A DNA stretch of 54,189 bases, filler included, from Catajapyx aquilonaris (Eukaryota), in NCBI GenBank assembly GCA_000934665.2. It is 3 parts of 3 records of this genome, joined end to end, with 100 filler letters (N's around TTAATTAATTAA, not from the genome) between each part and the next. Parts side by side here need not be neighbours in the genome. Positions count along the whole stretch, not along the records: positions 36,225 to 54,189 come from JYFJ02006814.1; 2 more parts are not named here. One strand, given 5' to 3'. Each line of letters opens with the position of its first letter. Position 1 is the first letter of the stretch. Below the pieces are notes generated by a model. That model saw only the letters and a program-made list of their open reading frames with translations. It searched no databases and had not been told where the DNA came from. Both the position numbers and the translations under genes were made by a program. Positions 48,601 through 54,189 of the stretch are shown one piece after another.

Positions 48601-50460
48601 TGTTGCCTCCTGAAGTGACAACAAGTGTGATGAAATGTCCTGCAGTGATCCCCAAACCGGGCGTGTTGACCACATGTTTCGCACCCATATCAGAGGACGT
48701 GGTACCCTGCGACCAACCAGTGTACGCCAACTACAAGATCAAGTACGAGTGTGCTCAATTCTACAGACCCACAGGATCTCTTCCTATTGTACTCTCTCGG
48801 TGCAAGCCAGACGGAACATGGGCTCTCAAAAGGCCTTTCGAATGCACTCCGAGTAAGTCATATACCGATTCGTACATGAATATTTTTTAATGCGATAATG
48901 TCTCGTTGCAGTATGTGGTACACCTACAAGTGCAGAAGGACAGACCAGCTTCATAGCTGGAGGTACACCAACCAAAGAAGGAGCCTGGCCATGGCACGTT
49001 GGGTTGTACGAAAGCAACGGAACAGACTGGAACTACTTCTGTGGCGGTACATTAATTTCAGAAAGGGCAATCCTCACAGGTCAGTCCGATCATATTGCTG
49101 GCAACGATTTTTTTTTAAATATATTAAAAACACAGTGCTGATTGTTTTCTATTAATAGCTGGTCACTGTGTCAACACGGCGCAGGACAGGATAGAGAAAC
49201 GAGAAGCCAGCTCGATCATGATCGGACTTGGAAAATACTTCAGGGAGTACATATCAGTTGACAGAAGAGCCCAGTTTTCTCCTGTGAGTTTATTCGTCAA
49301 TTCATTATTTTTTTGTTTAAGAAAACACATTTTTAAATATCAAATTATGATGTTTTACAGGCGGAGAGAATTATCCTGCACTCAAACTTCAAGCCATACA
49401 ATCTGGAATCAGACATCGCAATAATTATTCTGAAGACTCCTGCATACATCAATGCTTATGTCAGGCCAGTGTGTTATCCTGGTAACACAGGTACCCTGGA
49501 CCTTGATGTAAGGCTAGAGGCTGGTACTCTTGGCGTGGTAAGTGTGTCGCTTGGGGGGACACGTATAAACATCAGAATTGTTAACACGACACACGTAAGC
49601 ACAACTCCTGTCAGCACATCATATGTAAACACAACACATGTTAGTACAACTCCTGTAAGCACATATGTAAACACAACACATGTAAACAAGGCACAAGAAG
49701 CACCATAAAATTACATATAGATTATAGTTATTGAGCAGATAAAATAAAATAAAAAAATAATCAAGTTAAATGGTGTGAACATTTTTTTTTTGTGCGTGAT
49801 AGTTGGTTGGATGGGGATATACTGAAGAAGGGAAGCTGTCAGAGGAGCTGAAGATGGCTGAACTGCCAGTGGTGGACAACGACACTTGTCTGGCCGATTT
49901 GGACGAAGGAAGAAAGAACTTTTTGAAAGAGGACAACTACTGCGTCGGATTCAAAAATGGTAAATGACACACCAAAAATAAGGAAACATTATTGGTGGTT
50001 TTTATGTCGCAAACAAAAATTTTCATTTTGATTGAAGCTGAGTAATTAGAATGTACTAGAAAATGGAAACTTTGCCTCTCCAGACTGTGAACGTACTACC
50101 ATATGTTTCACATAGATGGCGCACTACTGATGACTCACCGCGGACAAACATATTTGTTTGTGACATAATTACACTAATTTTTTCCCCGTTGTAGCTGTAC
50201 TTAGTTGCCGGCGGTAAGTGGTAATTCAAAAGCATTATTCCTCATCAGGTACCAATTCGTGCAACGGTGACAGCGGAAGTGGAATGGTGTTTTCGGTGGA
50301 CCACGGGAATGGCAGACGGTATTTCATACAAGGAGTGGTCAGTTTCGGTGTGGTACAAGATGGAACCTTAATTTGCGACCCGACACATTACAGCTTCTTC
50401 ACAAGGGTGGAGCATTTTGCACAGTGGATTGTCATCACTTTATCTGAATACGAGTATTAA
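45698..50460 (+). CDS. Modular serine protease 3: signal, 4 CTL, Wonton/sushi-like domain, protease
   Basis: Signal exon 45698-45755 (MAVSLICISAVVLGAMCIA). Four EPN CTLs start near 46261, 46789, 47292 and 48070. CPAVIPKP... 6-Cys domain. QTSF|IAGG; AGHC, DIAII and GDSGSG. Confidence 0.93.
47802..48036. mobile_element. Near-perfect foldback MITE in an intron of protease 3
   Basis: Arm TACGCGACGAAATGGCTGGAGTCTGGACGTCAACGAACGTTATTGTGGCTTTTCCACGG is mirrored at about 47977-48036. Central hairpin GCTTCGGCGCTGCTGTAGTG / CACTACAGCAGCGCCGAAGC. Confidence 0.9.
49575..49690. repeat. Degenerate 42-45 bp intronic tandem repeat
   Basis: TGTAAACACAACACATGT..ACAACTCCTGT units, about 2.5 copies. Confidence 0.7.
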
Positions 50461-50722
50461 GTTCTGCATTATTTTGTTGTGCAAAGATTATAATAAAACT
50501 TAATGCATTTAGCTTTATTTATTAATGTGATCATATCTGAAATCATAATTCATATTGTGATTATTGTCTACTCTCCCCCTCGAGTGTCCACCTAGTATCA
50601 TAAGCCTCTCACAGATGGCGCATCCACCCTCTCTGAACACTCCTCCCACTCAGGGGAGTGCGACGAGTAAAGGTACTACCAGCTAGGACAAACATCAGAT
50701 GGGAAAGACTCCAGTCAGTTAG

Positions 50723-50824
50723 TATAGTAAGGGTAAGCTAACTTATGAGATTTGGGAGGTGGCTTGTGCCATTGGCAACCATAATTAGCCCCACACTCTG
50801 CTGAGTTAGCTTACCCCTACTATA
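50723..50824. mobile_element. About 102 bp MITE-like inverted repeat
   Basis: TATAGTAAGGGTAAGCTAACT ... AGTTAGCTTACCCCTACTATA (1 mismatch in 21). Confidence 0.7.
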
Positions 50825-51706
50825 GTAGGATTCTGCGAACTGTTAGTTCTGATTAAAACAATCTTATATACGTTTATAATCAGGTTTCACACACAACTTG
50901 TTTGAATATCAAGTACACAATGCATTACACTTTCTGAGAAATGTGTGGCTTTGAATTTACTACTCGTATAATATGGCGTGCACAATAGTATAATGAACAT
51001 TCATGCTTCAAGGGCAACGCGCAACATATTGCGAAGGTTAGTTTCTGAGATGCGGATTTTCAGGTTACGTGACTCCATGGCTATATCTATTCACTGTTAT
51101 CTGGACCTACAGAATTACTACTGAGGATTACCATTCCTGCTGAACCACGAAGGTTAATAGCACTGTAACCCAGTGGTGTCATTAACCTCATGAATTATTC
51201 AGTTATTTGACAGATTGGCATGCAAAAGTAATGTTTAGAATCTGACAAACTGCCATGCAGTTAAATAATAAATAATGCATAATAACGATGATGCAAAAGT
51301 AAAATATCAGCTTTCCATATTATTAACTTATGTGAAAGAAATAAAAATATCATACCCTACACTACAGGACTTTAGTGTTTGTTGGAATATAATGTGTGTA
51401 CACACCTGCGCAGTTTTCCTTACTCCTGCGATAATAATTTTTGGACACATGCTATTGTGCAATATGTGAGAATTACTTAGCCACCTGCGCTGCATATTAA
51501 CTATGAATCTAGGCAATGTCAGCATGCATGTTGGCCCTTGCCCTGTTGGGTGCCTTACATTTTTTTGTCAGTGAAACTTGAAGGTCAGGAAGAGCAGAAA
51601 AACTGGTATATCCTGAAGGCATGGCCATGTTAGCTAAGAGCCAAGGAGACTGCTACACTGAACACAAATGCAGCGTGCGAGCAACATTATCAAAATTTCA
51701 GGCCAA

Positions 51707-53287
51707 ATGTGCACCATTATAGCCTTCATTGTGGTGTTGTCTTTCAGCGCACCAGGTAAGTACGCATGTACCAGTTTTGGTCATTAGGTTATTATTGGGT
51801 ATTATTATTGCAGGTATCCTGGACGCCCAAAGCAACACACGTCGTACGACCACAACGACGTACAGGCCTGTCTTCACCACCACCACCAATCCAACGACAT
51901 ATAACCCAAGAGTGCAGCCAAGCACTGGCAACACTTATTACAACATGTGTCCTCCAATCAGACCCAAACAAGGTGTGACCGTCAGTTGCTACAGGCCTGA
52001 AACCCAAGAAACAATGTCATGCGATCGGTTGGTCAACCCAGGGGTCGAGGTCAGGTACGGTTGCGACGAATTCCATACACCATCAGGACGTTTTCCAGCC
52101 GCATTTTCAACCTGCACAAGAGATGGGAAGTGGACATCAGAGAGGGCACTCACTTGTAATCCAAGTAAGTCATGTCCAGTGTGTTTTTCAGGGGGTGTTA
52201 AGGCAGTTTGGTGATTTTTTTAAAAATAGGATGTGGGCTAACGAGCAGACAGAGCCTCGTGGTTTCATTTGTGAATCGGAAGGAGCCTAGTCAGCAACAT
52301 GGTGAATGGCCATGGCATGCTGCTCTTTTTACTAGAGAGGGTTCAGCTTGGGAGTATCACTGTGGAGGAACGCTCATTTCAGAAAGGGCTGTTTTGACAG
52401 GTATATTTAATTATTGTTATTCACACGGCTTGACCTTAACACGATTAATTTCTTGAAGCTGCTCAATGCGTGACAAACACCACTGGGACACGCACTCCAA
52501 TGGACACCCGCAACATGGTGGTCGCTTTGGGAAAGCAGGAAAGCAAGTACACAGACGAAAATGGAATGTCGCAGTTGATTGAGGCAAGTGCACACCGGAC
52601 ATACTTGCAGGATTATCCTGACAAAAATAATTGTTGTTTCAGCCTAAATCATTTTACATCGCTTCGGAATACAAGACCTTCCCGCTTCAGAATGACTTGG
52701 CGATCATAACGCTGAAGGCTCCTGCTCGAATATCAGAGAACATACGTCCAGCTTGTTTTCCATTGGACTATGAAGAGGATGAACTGATTGCCAACTCATA
52801 TGGCGTGGTAACATTTTATTCATCGTGACTATAATGGCAATAAATTTGCATCAAAAATGTCTTTCAGGTTACAGGCTGGGGAGTGACTGAATCAGGAAAG
52901 TTGTCCGAAAGCAGACAGGTGGTCAGAGTACCTGTGATAAATGAAACATCTTGTGCTGATCACTTGAGAGAGATCAATCAAGACTACAGGGAGAGTGGGT
53001 TTTACTGTGCTGGAATTGACAATGGTGAGCCTTGCTTGATTTTTTATGGTTTTTGTATGTTATTATTTTATTATTTTGCAGGGACGAATGTGTGCGCGGG
53101 ACATGGAGGAGGAGGAATGGTTTTTCCTGAGGATTCGCAAAGCGGGCCTGTTTATTACGTGAGGGGAGTTGCAAGTTTTGGCATAACCAAAGGAGGGCCG
53201 AACAAGTGTTTCCCTAGTTACTTCACTCGTGTTAGCAAATTCTCGCTCTGGATTGTGCGAATCTTGTCTCGAATAGAGAAAGAGTAG
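51707..53287 (+). CDS. Serine protease homolog (catalytically inactive): signal, Thr-rich linker, Wonton/sushi-like domain, protease fold; no CTL
   Basis: Signal exon 51707-51755 (MCTIIAFIVVLSFSAP). CPPIRPKQ 6-Cys domain. AAQC (His to Gln), DLAII, CAGHGGGG (Ser to Gly). Same intron positions as paralogs; no stops seen in the spliced frame. Confidence 0.88.
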
Positions 53288-54168
53288 GCGATGCTTGTTA
53301 TGCATGCAGAGTATGTTATTATTTTGCGCAATGTGCTTCAATCTATGTCAACCGTTTTGTAACTGCACGTGTGAGTGACATTTCCAGTAAATATTTGTCA
53401 GCAACTTTAAGTTTGAATACAATAATAATATTTTTTTGAAGACTTTTATTTTGCAATTAGTTCACTGTACTCTTCATATATTCATTTACTTTACACAAGT
53501 GACGCTCTCATTTGCATAATTTGCACTTATACTGTGCATAAATATATATGGTAACGAGTACAATGAACACGTGCAGAATTCTAGAGTTATATAACGTCAT
53601 CTTTTCTGCTGATAATTATTCCCAAGCAAGGTGACGTCATGATAAGATGCAACAGCCTTATTTGAAGGGTGACGATGCTACATTAACACCTGTATTCAAG
53701 GCTTGAATTTTTGTTATCAAAGGAGGTAGATAATTTATTATGTTCAGGTACGGGTACTGGAAAGTTTGTATATTTCCAAAACGGAGAGTTATTGTTGTGT
53801 TTACAGTCATAACAGCTACAGTAACACCGGTGGAGAGTGGACGGAGATCAATAATTATTCCAAGCCTCTCCCTTGCAAAATTCGGATATCGGAATGATCG
53901 GGAGATTTGATAGATATCGAAAACAGTTGCTCACGTTTCACAACACTCCAAATTAATTATTGCGCACATTATAGTCTCTTGCATCGCAATCCACTATATC
54001 TTATGGATTGAATTATTCACAATATCCATTCAGCAATCTGTGGCCACGCCACAGCTGTGGCCAGAGATTCCGAAATTTATATTGTGAATAATCAGACAGG
54101 CTAGAGAGTCCGGCAAGGACGGACGTTTGCGCGTTTCGCTTCTCCCCTCCGCTGGTTAAATTGGCAAC

Positions 54169-54189
54169 ATGGCGACCTGTGCAGAAATC
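54169..54189 (+). CDS. ABCF3: Probable start of ABC transporter family F member 3 (truncated by the window end)
   Basis: CAAC-ATGGCG context encoding MATCAEI, which matches my recollection of the human ABCF3 N-terminus (MATCAEILRSEF...). Only 7 codons are visible. Confidence 0.45.

Overview
Intron-rich animal genomic DNA, probably arthropod, from a draft scaffold. Two 100-nt N gaps carry an artificial TTAATTAATTAA linker, there is one more N gap, and several single-N joins. Bases 1-18 kb have no credible gene, only satellites, MITEs and microsatellites. Bases 18.3-33.5 kb hold a tandem array (about 3.1 kb period, + strand) of five paralogous secreted prepro-protein genes that the ORF track misses because they are split into tiny exons. 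Each has a signal exon, a 58-64 nt exon, a 20 nt micro-exon, a 49 nt exon ending in a KR|SA convertase site, and a hypervariable low-complexity last exon. That last exon is Pro/Thr block + Lys/Asn cationic block + acidic Tyr/Cys tail in four copies, and Arg-Ala-Thr / YTGTTG repeats in the fifth. I do not recognise this family and it is the most interesting item. Bases 38.1-53.3 kb hold four tandem modular serine protease genes built as signal - (C-type lectin) x2, x2, x4, x0 - 6-Cys sushi-like (Wonton-like) domain - protease; three have an intact triad and the last is catalytically dead. Also present: a 5'-truncated LINE and a tRNA-derived SINE (both with TSDs), several MITEs, and probably the first 7 codons of ABCF3 at the window end. 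All gene models were spliced by eye and have no transcript support.
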